This document shows positions 1-9,850 of a stretch of 56,786 bases of DNA, one piece after another. A model generated the notes under the pieces. That model saw nothing but the letters and a program-made list of their open reading frames with translations. It searched no databases and was not told where the DNA came from. Source of the DNA: a virus. Its lineage: Duplodnaviria > Caudoviricetes. Location: IMG/VR virus record IMGVR_UViG_3300010396_000050, positions 1-56,786 of that record. One strand, 5' to 3'. The number at the start of each line of letters is the position of its first letter. Within the stretch, counting starts at the first letter, position 1. A program made the position numbers and the translations under genes.

Positions 1-473
1 GTCTCGTCTTCCCATCGCCGCACCGCGAGGTCGATCGTGTTGGGGCGTTCGTCGTCCCAATGGACGCGGATCAGCTTCGGGTTCTGCGACCAGTACTGGA
101 CCTCTCCCGTGGTCGGATTCACGTCAACGAGCACGTAGGAGTCGCCATCGCCGAACTGGTCGGCGTAGACGTGCCCCTCATGCACGCTCATTCGGTTCGC
201 TTCCCAGAGTTCCTGCGCTTCCTCGGCGATTGTCGGGTCGGTGGCGTCGAACCCCGAGACCTGAAGCCGGTCGGCGTGGGCGTCAACGACTGCAGCAGAC
301 CGGTTGTACGCGAACGCGCGGAAGCGTTGGCCGAACGTGGTGAGGAACTTCTGTGTCGCGAACGCGAGCTGCTGATTGCCCGCGATGTAGTCCTCGTACC
401 GGGCGTAGTGATCGTTGCGGCCGTCCGTGAAGGCGTCGATGGCCCACGCGAGGGGGTTGGCTGGTAGGGTCAT
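1..473 (-). CDS. Portal protein, N-terminal part (SPP1 gp6-like); runs off the window edge
   Basis: ATG at 473 directly follows the terL stop. Reads MTLPANPLAWAIDAF...YEDYIAGNQQLAFATQKF...VVDAHADRLQVSGF...AVRRWEDE and stays open to base 1. The C-terminal part is at 55881-56786. Confidence 0.85.
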   Translation of the reverse strand, partial: MTLPANPLAWAIDAFTDGRNDHYARYEDYIAGNQQLAFATQKFLTTFGQRFRAFAYNRSAAVVDAHADRLQVSGFDATDPTIAEEAQELWEANRMSVHEGHVYADQFGDGDSYVLVDVNPTTGEVQYWSQNPKLIRVHWDDERPNTIDLAVRRWEDE

Positions 474-1949
474 CTAGGCACTCCAGAGTTTGCGTGATGC
501 TGCGAGCGCGAGCCGCGTCAACGCCATGCTTGTCGTATCGACCTGGTCATCGTGGTCACCGTGAGGGAAGGCCTGATGCTCCAGAAGCCAGTCTTCTCGC
601 CAGTCTGCGTTCTCAGGGATATGCGCCCGGCCACCTTCTACGATAGCGGTCACCCCATCTGCTCGAGCCGTCTTCGATTGCGTTCCGTCGATCTTGAAGG
701 CCACGACCGGGAGGGCAGGAAGCTTCTCGTCCTTGGTGTAATAGGGGAGTTTCCACGTCTGGATCGCCGATTGCCCGCTCGCCTTGTCTTCGACGACGAG
801 CGCGATCTTGAGCCCCGGAAACAATCGAGACGCCCACGCATAGGCCGTATGTCCAAGTCGGATCAAATCGGGGAAGGACACACGTTCACGCCAGACGCGA
901 ACGAGATACAGGTTCCCGTCTCCGTCTGCGCCCCAGAGCGCGAAGACGGAATAGTCGTTCTCCACGCCCTCTTTGAAGGCTGAGTCGACGTAGAGCTCCG
1001 CCTTGACGATCTTGGGCAAATCGCGGTACGACTGCCACCACGAACGCTTGAACATCCCGCCTTCTTGGCGAACGGGCTTCTGCTGATACTGTGCCGAATA
1101 TGCCTGTGATCCCAGTTCAACTTTCTTCTCGGTGATTTCCTTGGCGCCGTACCGCTCGGGGTCGAGGAGTTCACCTGGAATGTTCCGGGGGTCCGTCCAT
1201 CCGATACCGGTGACCTGTGTCGTGGGCTCGTACTCCATCGGCAAGTTGAGGTGCTCATAGCCTTGCTCGATGACATTGCCGGCAAGATCGTTAACGTGGA
1301 GACGCTGCTGAATCACGATTTTGGGACTGGTCTTCGGATCGTTGAGGCGAGATGGCATCGTCTCATTCCACCAGCGCACCGTTTCCGCAAGAGCCTTCGG
1401 GCTATGCGCGTCTTTCGCGTCGTGGGGGTCGTCCACGATCAGCAAATCGCCCCGCTTCCCCGTCACGCCTGATCCCGTCCCGAGCGAGATGCGATGTCCC
1501 GTCTGATCGTTCTCGTAACGTGTCTTTACATTTTGATCTGTTGTCATAGCAAACCGATCGCCCCACCGCTCTTGATACCAATCCGACGCGATGACTCGCC
1601 GGGAACGTACGGCGTCCCGCATGGCGAGATCGCTATCGTGTGAGGTCGTCAGGAAGCGGAAAGACGGGTGGTCGATCCAGAGCCACGCCGGGAAAAGAAC
1701 AGATACCAAGGTGGACTTAAGAAAACCCGGCGGAAGCGTAATAACAAGACGCTTGATGTCCCCCTCGGCAACCGCTTGCAGATGGTCGCAGATCGCATCA
1801 ACGTAGAAGCCGGGGATGAGATCGCGTCCTGGCTCAACCTCTGGCCATGCCTGGCGAACAAAATTGCGAAGCTGGCGTTCCGCCTTGAGGGTGCGAATCA
1901 CGTCGAGATCGAGCAACTCGCCGTATGTCGGCTGGACAGCGGCGAGCAT
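474..1949 (-). CDS. terL: Terminase large subunit
   Basis: Walker A-like ITLPPGFLKS, Walker B LLIVDDP, nuclease motifs YVDSA, VEDKASG and FPHGDHDDQVD. Confidence 0.95.
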   Translation of the reverse strand: MLAAVQPTYGELLDLDVIRTLKAERQLRNFVRQAWPEVEPGRDLIPGFYVDAICDHLQAVAEGDIKRLVITLPPGFLKSTLVSVLFPAWLWIDHPSFRFLTTSHDSDLAMRDAVRSRRVIASDWYQERWGDRFAMTTDQNVKTRYENDQTGHRISLGTGSGVTGKRGDLLIVDDPHDAKDAHSPKALAETVRWWNETMPSRLNDPKTSPKIVIQQRLHVNDLAGNVIEQGYEHLNLPMEYEPTTQVTGIGWTDPRNIPGELLDPERYGAKEITEKKVELGSQAYSAQYQQKPVRQEGGMFKRSWWQSYRDLPKIVKAELYVDSAFKEGVENDYSVFALWGADGDGNLYLVRVWRERVSFPDLIRLGHTAYAWASRLFPGLKIALVVEDKASGQSAIQTWKLPYYTKDEKLPALPVVAFKIDGTQSKTARADGVTAIVEGGRAHIPENADWREDWLLEHQAFPHGDHDDQVDTTSMALTRLALAASRKLWSA

Positions 1950-2575
1950 CAGACGGCCACCTGATGCTCAGAGGAGGTGGCTTTGAGCGCAATCCGTTCG
2001 AGCGCGTCAAGCTCATCGTTGGAGAGATTGCGAAGGCCATCCGGAATCCGGTGAACGTGATCGATTCTGCCGGAGTGGCGAACGTTGACGCTCGTATCCC
2101 ACTGACCGAGTTCCTTGGCAATCTGTTCCTGAATCGAACGGAGTTCCTTGAGCGTGGCGACGTCAACGGCTGCTTCGCGACTGATACTCTCGAGACCGAT
2201 CGTCTCTTTCGTCGCGATTAGCCCGGTGTGCTCACCCGGCGCCCATTGTCGTTCGGACTCCTGTGCGTAACTTCGGGCCTCAATGACCTGGAGAATCTTA
2301 TTGTGGAGATCGGCGAGAACCCGAATCCGTCCGGCCTTGGTGGCGACCGCTTCGTGGCGGATTGCTTCTGACGCCTCACCGATCAGTCCTTGAACGAGAG
2401 AGGCGAACGTCGGGTCTTTCTTCCAACGGTCAAGTTGACGTTGGGTGACACCGGCAATCTGCGCAATTTCACGGTCGGGGATCGTCCCATCGGCAAGCTG
2501 GGACGCCGCTCGATACTTACGTGCATCGACGGTAATCCTACTGACATTTGCTGACGTTTTGGGAGCGTCCGCCAT
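1949..2575 (-). CDS. terS: Terminase small subunit (N-terminal HTH)
   Basis: HTH DREIAQIAGVTQRQLDRWKKDPTF; lies directly upstream of terL and overlaps it by one base. Confidence 0.8.
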   Translation of the reverse strand: MADAPKTSANVSRITVDARKYRAASQLADGTIPDREIAQIAGVTQRQLDRWKKDPTFASLVQGLIGEASEAIRHEAVATKAGRIRVLADLHNKILQVIEARSYAQESERQWAPGEHTGLIATKETIGLESISREAAVDVATLKELRSIQEQIAKELGQWDTSVNVRHSGRIDHVHRIPDGLRNLSNDELDALERIALKATSSEHQVAV

Positions 2576-2631
2576 CCGGGAATCCGAGCACGATAAGCCG
2601 CGTCTCCCCCGAGTCGTAAGTAAAGTATAGC

Positions 2632-2877
2632 CTATCGGTCACCGTCGGACGATTGGCTGAGGTCATCAAGTTCCGCTTTCCCGCGCAAGACATCGGTGAC
2701 GGTGCGCAGATCAGCCATCGCCCGGTAGAGCATGTCGCTGACGGCGATCTCCTGACCCGCTGGCAGGTCCAGAGCGCGCAGCAGGTCACGCGCCTGACCG
2801 TTGAGCCGTTCGGCCTCCTCCACGAGCGCCTTGGCCATCCTGCGACGTTCTACTGGGTCACGGCTGCTCCCTCGCAT
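2632..2877 (-). CDS. Hypothetical protein
   Basis: ORF in a tightly packed leftward gene string. Confidence 0.5.
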   Translation of the reverse strand: MRGSSRDPVERRRMAKALVEEAERLNGQARDLLRALDLPAGQEIAVSDMLYRAMADLRTVTDVLRGKAELDDLSQSSDGDR

Positions 2878-3160
2878 CCCGGATGATCTGCTCGGCGGCG
2901 CTGACGTGTCCGGTTACCTGCCTGTCGAGGTAGCTATCGACCTCACGCCAGATTGATCGGATCACCTCGTTTTGGTCAGCGTGTGGGGAGTCGGCCCACT
3001 GGTACAGCACGCTCTCAATACCGACAAGCATGTCGTCCTCTTCTTGATCGTCGGTCGCATCAATGCAGTTCTGAAAGAACCAGGTACTGAATCGGGCAAT
3101 GTCGTCATGAGTTCCGCCGCGATAGGGGAGATGCTTGTTGAGTTCAGCAGTCAGTCCCAT
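2858..3160 (-). CDS. Small acidic helical protein, paralog of 27149-27424
   Basis: Shares FSTWFF and GIESVLYQWAD-like motifs with the ORF at 27149; start overlaps the upstream stop. Confidence 0.7.
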   Translation of the reverse strand: MGLTAELNKHLPYRGGTHDDIARFSTWFFQNCIDATDDQEEDDMLVGIESVLYQWADSPHADQNEVIRSIWREVDSYLDRQVTGHVSAAEQIIRDAREQP

Positions 3161-3498
3161 CACCCCGCCTCCCCGCTTCCAATTGTGGCGAATCTGCCAC
3201 AATTAGCATGCTCACGCAACCACGCGGCCAGCTCTTTCGCCCGGAGCTCGTCGTAGTTGTCGCATAAGGCATCAACGTGTTCCTCCGCCTCCCGCGCCAG
3301 CTCCTCGATCACGCGTCGCCGTTCGTCGGCCCGTTCTGCCGCCACCTGCTCCCGGTACGCCGGGTTGCTCTGCCAGAGATTCATCATTGGTGCTGCCTCA
3401 CGTTGCTGCTGAAGCCAGACATCGGACGGCAGACCATCGGTCATATCCGGCGCGATACCGACAAGCTCAGATGGATGGATTCGTTTCTTGTTGCTCAT
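3160..3498 (-). CDS. Hypothetical protein
   Basis: MSNKKRIHPSEL...; overlapping stop/start coupling with neighbours. Confidence 0.6.
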   Translation of the reverse strand: MSNKKRIHPSELVGIAPDMTDGLPSDVWLQQQREAAPMMNLWQSNPAYREQVAAERADERRRVIEELAREAEEHVDALCDNYDELRAKELAAWLREHANCGRFATIGSGEAG

Positions 3499-3734
3499 CA
3501 CCACTCCAACCTTCCGCCGCGTTCCTGATGCTGGCGCGGTACACGTTTGCCGTCGATCAGGGCATGGTACCGCTCCAGCATATCGAGGATGCGGCCCACG
3601 CTCACCGATTCGGACACACCGTATTCCTTGCGCAACTCGATCCCGATCCACATCGCCGCGTTGTGAGCACCCTCACGCTTCACGTCGGCCATGGCCTGGG
3701 TGCAGGCGTCGTGGGAGGGGCATGTGTCAGTCAC
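3498..3734 (-). CDS. Hypothetical protein
   Basis: Coupled ORF with a GTG start after a GA-rich SD. Confidence 0.5.
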   Translation of the reverse strand: MTDTCPSHDACTQAMADVKREGAHNAAMWIGIELRKEYGVSESVSVGRILDMLERYHALIDGKRVPRQHQERGGRLEW

Positions 3735-4000
3735 CGCATCCCCCTCACCGCCTCTCGTGACCATCCCAAGTCCACCAGCGTGATCCGTGCGCCCATCCGT
3801 GGCCCGCTGTGGTGGATGCCAAGGTCCGGGTTGGTGGACAGGTCAGTGAACCAGATCGTCTTTTGGCCACGATCGTTCGGCTCGACACGGATGCCGCGCA
3901 ACGGTGGACCGTTGGGACTGGTAGCGGCAAACTCGTCCATCCATCTCTCGTACCACGAAAGCGGTTGATCTTGGATCAGCGGGTCGTCGTGCTGGGTCAT
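3731..4000 (-). CDS. Hypothetical protein
   Basis: ATGA-type overlap with neighbours. Confidence 0.55.
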   Translation of the reverse strand: MTQHDDPLIQDQPLSWYERWMDEFAATSPNGPPLRGIRVEPNDRGQKTIWFTDLSTNPDLGIHHSGPRMGARITLVDLGWSREAVRGMR

Positions 4001-4344
4001 GCGGCCCGCCTTTCTGCTTCGTCGGCCAGTACGGCATTCATCAGCGTGTAGAACGAACTGTCTCGCAGGGACGGCGTGTTGGCCCGGAAGACCCGCCAGC
4101 CGAGTGCCTGTGCGAGATTGATCTTCTCACTGTCTCGCAGCATACCGTTCAGACTGTTGTGCCCCGGCCCGGTGATCCCATCGTATTCGATCGCGATCTT
4201 TGGGACAGTCCAGCAAAAATCGAATCTGAACCGGCGCACCGGGTGAAAGCGCACCTCAGTGGTCAGCTCCCAGTCAAGCCCGAACGACTGCGGGGCGTAG
4301 GCGAGATACGTGTGCAGGTCGGCCTTGTAGTCCTGCTTACTCAC
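3997..4344 (-). CDS. PD-(D/E)xK-type endonuclease (DUF559/Vsr-like)
   Basis: EVRFHPVRRFRFDF...IAIEYDG...D.EKINLAQALGWRVFR, typical of small phage nucleases. Confidence 0.75.
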   Translation of the reverse strand: MSKQDYKADLHTYLAYAPQSFGLDWELTTEVRFHPVRRFRFDFCWTVPKIAIEYDGITGPGHNSLNGMLRDSEKINLAQALGWRVFRANTPSLRDSSFYTLMNAVLADEAERRAA

Positions 4345-4567
4345 CGGTCGCCTCCAGCCATGCGGTCATCCAGTCCCGCATCGCCGTCACTTGCGCACGA
4401 TCCAGCGTCGTAAAGATCGACTCATAGTCTGCCAGCCGCCGGTACGGGCTGAACCAGACCTTGACCTGATCGGTGTGCCCCTCCAGCGACAGGTCATCGT
4501 GGACCGTGCGTGGAGTCTGGATCAGCAGCTCGTGGACGGGCGGGAACGTCAGTTTCTTGTCGGTCAT
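4337..4567 (-). CDS. Hypothetical protein
   Basis: Coupled ORF. Confidence 0.55.
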   Translation of the reverse strand: MTDKKLTFPPVHELLIQTPRTVHDDLSLEGHTDQVKVWFSPYRRLADYESIFTTLDRAQVTAMRDWMTAWLEATGE

Positions 4568-4965
4568 CCCTGCCCCTCTTTCATCGCTCGCAACTTCGCG
4601 ATCGCCTCTTCTTCGCTGTCGGCGTGAATGAAGTGCTCATCATTGTGACCCGGCGGGATGAGGCGCGAGAGATCACATGGCTCAAAGGGATCGTCCCATT
4701 CCACCCATGCGTCAGGGGGCCGTGCAGTGTGCTTCCCGTCACCGTCGAAGTCTGCGATGACTCGGTAGAGTGGCTGTGTGTGGGTCGGAATCTCGGGATT
4801 CCGTTCGACATCATGGAACTCGCAGTAGTTGCCGCCAAGCGCGGTGTTGATGCTCGCCGTAGCAGCGCTGGCGTCCGCCTCGTTATCGAATACGGCGGCA
4901 GGAAACCATGTGGCGTAGTCAAAATCGGGATTAGTGCTGTACACCATCACAACGAAAGCCTTCAT
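4564..4965 (-). CDS. Hypothetical protein
   Basis: Coupled ORF with SD. Confidence 0.6.
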   Translation of the reverse strand: MKAFVVMVYSTNPDFDYATWFPAAVFDNEADASAATASINTALGGNYCEFHDVERNPEIPTHTQPLYRVIADFDGDGKHTARPPDAWVEWDDPFEPCDLSRLIPPGHNDEHFIHADSEEEAIAKLRAMKEGQG

Positions 4966-5177
4966 CCCTGCCCCTCCTGCCGTGACCGGTCAGGTTTTCG
5001 TCCCGGTGTGATTACCCAGTCAGGGACAAGAGCGTGACGCATCTCGTCACACCAACAACAGATGATGCGTGGGCTGTCACCATCCCATCGCCACGTATGC
5101 TTTTGGCCGTCCACCCGCTGCGAGAATGGGCAATACTCCGGGTCCAGCGCCGTGATGCGGTCCTCGTGGTCGGTCAT
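4962..5177 (-). CDS. Small Cys/His-containing hypothetical protein
   Basis: MTDHEDRI...YCPF...HTW...CCWC. Confidence 0.5.
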   Translation of the reverse strand: MTDHEDRITALDPEYCPFSQRVDGQKHTWRWDGDSPRIICCWCDEMRHALVPDWVITPGRKPDRSRQEGQG

Positions 5178-5314
5178 GATGCGGCCTCGTTTTTTGGGTT
5201 GATGTCGAGGAGCGCACACCAGATGACGAAGCAGATGAACGACGCGATGAAGATGGTGACAGCCACGCCAACCCACGCGAAAAACGCATTGGTGAGAAAG
5301 TCACTGCTCGGCAT
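5174..5314 (-). CDS. Small membrane protein (46 aa, absent from ORF track)
   Basis: MPSSDFLTNAFFAWVGVAVTIFIASFICFVIWCALL...; coupled at both ends. Confidence 0.5.
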   Translation of the reverse strand: MPSSDFLTNAFFAWVGVAVTIFIASFICFVIWCALLDINPKNEAAS

Positions 5315-6624
5315 CACTTGCCCTCCCGGTCCCGGAGCGCGCTGACGGCGTCGTCGTAGTCCTTGATCAATGAGCGCAATACCGTTTTCGACATCGAATC
5401 GAGTCCAGCGCCTGGATCGTCGGCAATATCCACAATCTCATCTCGTAAAGCAGCCGCCGCCTCCAGCACCCGCGTCACCGCGTCGTCGGCGCTCGGGGTC
5501 GGCTGCGGCTGCCGGGAGAATTCGCCATGAAAGTGCGTCATGTGATCGCGCTCCCACTCCTCGATCATGACCAACCCTTGATCGATGTAAGCCTTTTGCC
5601 CATCCATCCGCGCGGCCAGTTCGTCAAGGCGCTTGTCGAATGTGGCATCGGCTTCATGGAGCGCGTAAACCTCGCAACCAAGCTCGTCATCCAGCATGCC
5701 CAAATCCACATGCAACCCGTTGATCCGCTTCTCGTGCTGCTCGATGCGTTCGTGGTGCGCGTACTCGGTGGACGAGTCGGCGTCTATAGAGGTGCTATGA
5801 ACGCTATGAACGTCTTTAGCCGCGTTCTTAGCGTTCATAGCCTCATCTTCCGCAACTCTCCGGGATTCCCGGAGAGTTGGATCGGCGTCCGGCTGAAGCG
5901 GTATCGTCCACCGCATGCCGTTCGGACCACGGCGGTACACCCATCCGTCTTCCGTGATCTCGGCGTCCGCTGGCATCTTTCCGCAGTGGGGGCAACCACC
6001 GTCTTCGTTGGCGTCAGGAACAGGGTAGTCGCAGACACCCGTAGCATGGCAGTACGGACACGTAGATATCGGCTCTTCGATATCCGCCTCGGACTCCCCA
6101 CCCCGAATCTTGCGAAGCAGTGCTGCCTGATCGCGTTTGATCGCGTACTTCAGCGGACCGACTTCCGACTCCTCGGCGTCTGTTGGAGGGGTGGCGGCAT
6201 CGAATCTCCTGATTGCCCCATGAATCTCTGTCGCTTCATCACTGCTTTCCGGTAGCGCGTGTAGGAGGTACGCCATATCACGGCGCAGCTCCCTCCCCGC
6301 CGCCACCTGTGCCGTCAGCCGCGCGTTCTCGGCCCGAAGATCGCCGCATTTGGTGTCGCTGTTGTGCGAAAGGTTGTAGTAGGCATCGCGTTCGACACGA
6401 ATGGCGGCGAGGTCGCTGGTCAGCCGCGCGTTCTTGTCGATCTCTTCTTTGCGCCAGGTAAGCAGGTTGGCGCGATCCTCTTTCAGCCGCGCGATTTCGG
6501 CGTCCTTCGGGGCTAGCAGTTCGGCTTCGATCAGATCAAGGTTATTCCCGCCGACGGAGTAGATCGATAGCGGGTTGTGATTGTTCATTCGGTACGGGGT
6601 CATCAAGTCTCGCAGCTTGCTCAT
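5314..6624 (-). CDS. Mosaic coiled-coil protein with Zn-ribbon
   Basis: Heptad-rich segments and CPYC...CPHC. Confidence 0.65.
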   Translation of the reverse strand: MSKLRDLMTPYRMNNHNPLSIYSVGGNNLDLIEAELLAPKDAEIARLKEDRANLLTWRKEEIDKNARLTSDLAAIRVERDAYYNLSHNSDTKCGDLRAENARLTAQVAAGRELRRDMAYLLHALPESSDEATEIHGAIRRFDAATPPTDAEESEVGPLKYAIKRDQAALLRKIRGGESEADIEEPISTCPYCHATGVCDYPVPDANEDGGCPHCGKMPADAEITEDGWVYRRGPNGMRWTIPLQPDADPTLRESRRVAEDEAMNAKNAAKDVHSVHSTSIDADSSTEYAHHERIEQHEKRINGLHVDLGMLDDELGCEVYALHEADATFDKRLDELAARMDGQKAYIDQGLVMIEEWERDHMTHFHGEFSRQPQPTPSADDAVTRVLEAAAALRDEIVDIADDPGAGLDSMSKTVLRSLIKDYDDAVSALRDREGK

Positions 6625-6917
6625 TCGGTCTCAGCTCCTTCGCTGGCGGTCGGGGCGGGCAGGTACGTGCGGATGAATGCCTGTACGTCAGACGGGTAGC
6701 AGGTCCATTCGCTGTCACGGTCGATCAGCCGGGCAGGCAGTTCAAACGGGGCCTCGTCGATCATGCGTTGCAGCACATCGGTCACGACGGCGCGTTTCGC
6801 GGCTTCGATGTAGGGATCGGCGATCTCAAGAACAGTCTCTACGTCGCCATAACCAACATAGCTGGAAACCCGAGGATTCCAGGAGATTGCAGCGATCTCA
6901 CTCTCAGCGAACTTCAT
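6621..6917 (-). CDS. Hypothetical protein
   Basis: MKFAESE...; SD present. Confidence 0.55.
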   Translation of the reverse strand: MKFAESEIAAISWNPRVSSYVGYGDVETVLEIADPYIEAAKRAVVTDVLQRMIDEAPFELPARLIDRDSEWTCYPSDVQAFIRTYLPAPTASEGAETE

Positions 6918-7224
6918 CGTCGCCCCTTTCCGTTCCGGCGAGTGCGGATACGATCCAGTTACTGAGACTCCCCCCTTCGCCGTGGTACTGGCCTGTGTTG
7001 TCATCCCAGAATGCAAGGATGTTCTCGTGCGGATCGTTACCCGCCTTCTCCATCAACTGCGCCAGGAGGTCCGCCGTGATGACGGGGATCAGATGGGGCA
7101 GGGCGGCTTCGAGTGCCACAAACGGGAGCTCCGAAACGTCATGTCCCCTCGTATCTGCCCACCAGGCGTCGCATGCGTCCCGTGCGGCATCCTGTGCCGC
7201 GTCCGGTATCTCGATGGTCATCAC
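6904..7224 (-). CDS. Hypothetical protein
   Basis: Coupled ORF. Confidence 0.55.
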   Translation of the reverse strand: MMTIEIPDAAQDAARDACDAWWADTRGHDVSELPFVALEAALPHLIPVITADLLAQLMEKAGNDPHENILAFWDDNTGQYHGEGGSLSNWIVSALAGTERGDDEVR

Positions 7225-7661
7225 GCGCCCCCTTCGCCCATGTAGTCGATTTCATCCGCTCCGAGATGACGGGCGAGCTCTTCGCCGTACAGCGGCGATT
7301 CCGCGCCCCCTTCGCCCAGATCTCCCGGATATCGCGCCTCTGATGCCAGCACGCCATACGCGATACACAATGGCGTCAAGTGATCCCGGTCCTCTTGGGA
7401 GACGTCTGGCAGCATCACGTCCAGCCACGTATGGATGTCGTCAGCCACACTCAGCGCAGCTTCCAGCCGCTCGATCTGCGCCACCAGTGCCGCGCGATCC
7501 GGGTCGAGGGCTGCATCAATGACGACACGAGCATGGCTGATATAGCTACTCTGGTCGCCTTCTCGAACGTTGTCCCATCCGACGATGATCTTGGGATTGT
7601 GATAGCGATGCACGTACGCATACAGCGCCTGTGCCCCTCGAATTTCCGCGTCTGTTGCCAT
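7221..7661 (-). CDS. Hypothetical protein
   Basis: MATDAEIRG...; coupled ORF. Confidence 0.55.
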   Translation of the reverse strand: MATDAEIRGAQALYAYVHRYHNPKIIVGWDNVREGDQSSYISHARVVIDAALDPDRAALVAQIERLEAALSVADDIHTWLDVMLPDVSQEDRDHLTPLCIAYGVLASEARYPGDLGEGGAESPLYGEELARHLGADEIDYMGEGGA

Positions 7662-7825
7662 CACCACACCATCCATCCGTACACGTAACCCAGAATCATC
7701 CACACGCCCCACAGCGTCACGCCGACGATCAGCGCCACGGCGGCGGCGATCAGGACGTACATACTCGTCAGCAGCGCCATCTCCAGCCGGGTCAGCGGCA
7801 CATCGGGGTCAAGGTCATCGTTCAC
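7661..7825 (-). CDS. Small membrane protein
   Basis: Long hydrophobic stretch MALLTSMYVLIAAAVALIVGVTLWGVWMILG. Confidence 0.5.
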   Translation of the reverse strand: MNDDLDPDVPLTRLEMALLTSMYVLIAAAVALIVGVTLWGVWMILGYVYGWMVW

Positions 7826-8121
7826 GCGGCGTTCCTTTCCTGCGCCTTGCACGGACGACCGGTGCGCCTTGGCAGTGGCGGGTATCCCCACTGCCGTCCC
7901 CGCGCGATCTCCTTCACGGCATTGCGATGCACCCCGAACCGGGCGGCGATCGCGACAACGGTCATTTCTCCTTCCGCGTACAGCTCCCGAATTTCTTCGA
8001 CCTGCCCGCGGTGCAACTTGCCGCCGCGGGTTTCGGCGCGGGTGGCCTCGTACCGGATGTGCGCAACACGTTCGGCGTCGGTCCACGGGGTCAGCGGTGC
8101 GCTCGGGTCGATCGTGCTCAT
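7822..8121 (-). CDS. HTH DNA-binding protein (resembles HNH C-terminal HTH)
   Basis: KLHRGQVEEIRELY...TVVAIAARFGVHRNAVKEIARGRQW. Confidence 0.7.
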   Translation of the reverse strand: MSTIDPSAPLTPWTDAERVAHIRYEATRAETRGGKLHRGQVEEIRELYAEGEMTVVAIAARFGVHRNAVKEIARGRQWGYPPLPRRTGRPCKAQERNAA

Positions 8122-8498
8122 GCGGCTTGCTCCTCTTCCCTCATCAATGCTTCGATGCGTTCGACCGTGACGCCGTAGCGTTCGGCCAGTGCCAGACGGG
8201 TTGCGCCCCGTGGCGTCGACTCGCCGGATCGCCAGCGGCCTACCGCGCTCATGCCGACGTCGAGCGTGGCGGCAAGGGACGCGATCGTGTCGCCGCGCGT
8301 CTCCATCACCCGGCGCAACCAGTCGGCAAAGCGCCCGTGGGTAACGCGTTGCGGCATCGGCTTGACCTTGTCGGAGCGGGTGCGTTTGGCCATGATCGCC
8401 TTGACGCGGGCGACCGCTGCGGCCGCTTCCGGCGACCCCTCGGGCAAGCCGCCCGCGTTGGTCCCGTACATCGCCGGGACGAATCGGATGGTGGTCAT
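8118..8498 (-). CDS. XRE-family HTH regulator
   Basis: FADWLRRVMETRGDTIASLAATLDVGMSAVGRWRSGESTP. Confidence 0.75.
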   Translation of the reverse strand: MTTIRFVPAMYGTNAGGLPEGSPEAAAAVARVKAIMAKRTRSDKVKPMPQRVTHGRFADWLRRVMETRGDTIASLAATLDVGMSAVGRWRSGESTPRGATRLALAERYGVTVERIEALMREEEQAA

Positions 8499-8713
8499 GC
8501 CGCCCGCCTTTCCTGCTGTGCCTGCGCCCACGCGCGGGCGTGCCGCTCGAACTCGAACTCCGCGAGCGGGCGACCATCGGGATCGCGCGGGTCCTTGACG
8601 GCGTAGACCGTGACCGGGATGCCGAGAAAGGCGTCGTGGCGGTCCGTGCGGTGGATCGGGAATCCGGCTTCCCATGTGAGGTTCTTTCGGTGGAAGTAGT
8701 GACGGTCGATCAT
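8495..8713 (-). CDS. Hypothetical protein
   Basis: Coupled ORF. Confidence 0.5.
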   Translation of the reverse strand: MIDRHYFHRKNLTWEAGFPIHRTDRHDAFLGIPVTVYAVKDPRDPDGRPLAEFEFERHARAWAQAQQERRAA

Positions 8714-9084
8714 CGGCCAGCCTCCCAGTCGATTTGACTTGCAGGAACGTAGGTCGGCTTCACGTGTGCGATACGCAGCCGGATCGGAGACGGCATCCCC
8801 TGCTCCTTCAGCTTGCCGCGGACCATCTGAATCGACCGTTCGCGAAGAAGGCGCATGACGTTGTCGTATTTGTCCGGCGGGCAGTCAGGAAGCGGCACGA
8901 TGAGAAAAACAGTCCGTCCCCCTTTTGCTTTTCCGCCGTTCGCCTCGAGCATCCACTCTTCGCAGGCCACGATGTCGCCGCGAAGGAGTTGGTATCTGTT
9001 GCGCTCGTTGAGCACCTGGTATTTCGTCTTGGCTGTGTTCGGGGGAACCTCGCCGTTTTCGGCGGGTTTATGTCGTGTCTGCAT
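8710..9084 (-). CDS. Hypothetical protein
   Basis: AGGAG SD and coupled stop. Confidence 0.6.
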   Translation of the reverse strand: MQTRHKPAENGEVPPNTAKTKYQVLNERNRYQLLRGDIVACEEWMLEANGGKAKGGRTVFLIVPLPDCPPDKYDNVMRLLRERSIQMVRGKLKEQGMPSPIRLRIAHVKPTYVPASQIDWEAGR

Positions 9085-9098
9085 GTGTGCTCCTGGGT

Positions 9099-9644
9099 CT
9101 AGGCGACGCTGGTGAACGGCACCACCTGGTCGATAAGCGGCGCCTGAACGAAGGTCTCACGAGCATCCTTGAGTTCGGATGTCCACGCGCCATAGCGAGC
9201 GATCTCGGCGGTGAACGCCACGACCTCCGGCGATCGAAGCGCCGGCTTCGCGGTTTCGGGATCGATATCCGCGCGCATCAATTGCGAGAACATGAGCGCT
9301 TCGAACTGCATCGCGTTCAGCGCGAGGTCACGGCTGTTGTCGGCGGCGACCCAGATCACGAACTGGTACCCATCGAAGAAGGTCAGAAGTGCCGGCGCGA
9401 GCACGGTGCGTCCCAACGTGAGCCGACCGCTTGCCTTGCCGCCGGCGCGCTTCCAGAGATAGGCGATTGACGCGGTGGTCAGATGTGCGAGTTCCGGGCA
9501 TTCGGCGATCAGATGCTGCCCGATGCGATCTATCTCCGGCGCCGGAAGGAACGGAATCGGTTCGTCGTTTTCGTTGACGAACGCGTTGTCTACGGGCGGG
9601 ACGATGCGGAACGAGCGGGTGATGTCGTGGATATTGCTGGTCAT
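9099..9644 (-). CDS. Phage metallopeptidase-like protein lacking HExxH
   Basis: IAYLWK...GRT...FVIWV...ALMFSQLMR; the family normally has HELxH at this position. Confidence 0.6.
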   Translation of the reverse strand: MTSNIHDITRSFRIVPPVDNAFVNENDEPIPFLPAPEIDRIGQHLIAECPELAHLTTASIAYLWKRAGGKASGRLTLGRTVLAPALLTFFDGYQFVIWVAADNSRDLALNAMQFEALMFSQLMRADIDPETAKPALRSPEVVAFTAEIARYGAWTSELKDARETFVQAPLIDQVVPFTSVA

Positions 9645-9850
9645 GCGGACATCCTTCCTGGGTGAAGTCGCTCGAGGATCCGGTTGATCCATGAGGCATG
9701 GCGGTCGTCACGAAAGATGTGCTGCTCAACGGCGGTCAACGCCTCACGCATCGCCTTCGCTTCGGACGCAAGTCCGCACGATTGCGCATACTCGAGACGC
9801 GCCGTCAGAACATCGACGACGGTGCTGAGTGATGGCGTATGGTCCGTCAT
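9641..9850 (-). CDS. Hypothetical protein
   Basis: Coupled ORF. Confidence 0.5.
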   Translation of the reverse strand: MTDHTPSLSTVVDVLTARLEYAQSCGLASEAKAMREALTAVEQHIFRDDRHASWINRILERLHPGRMSA

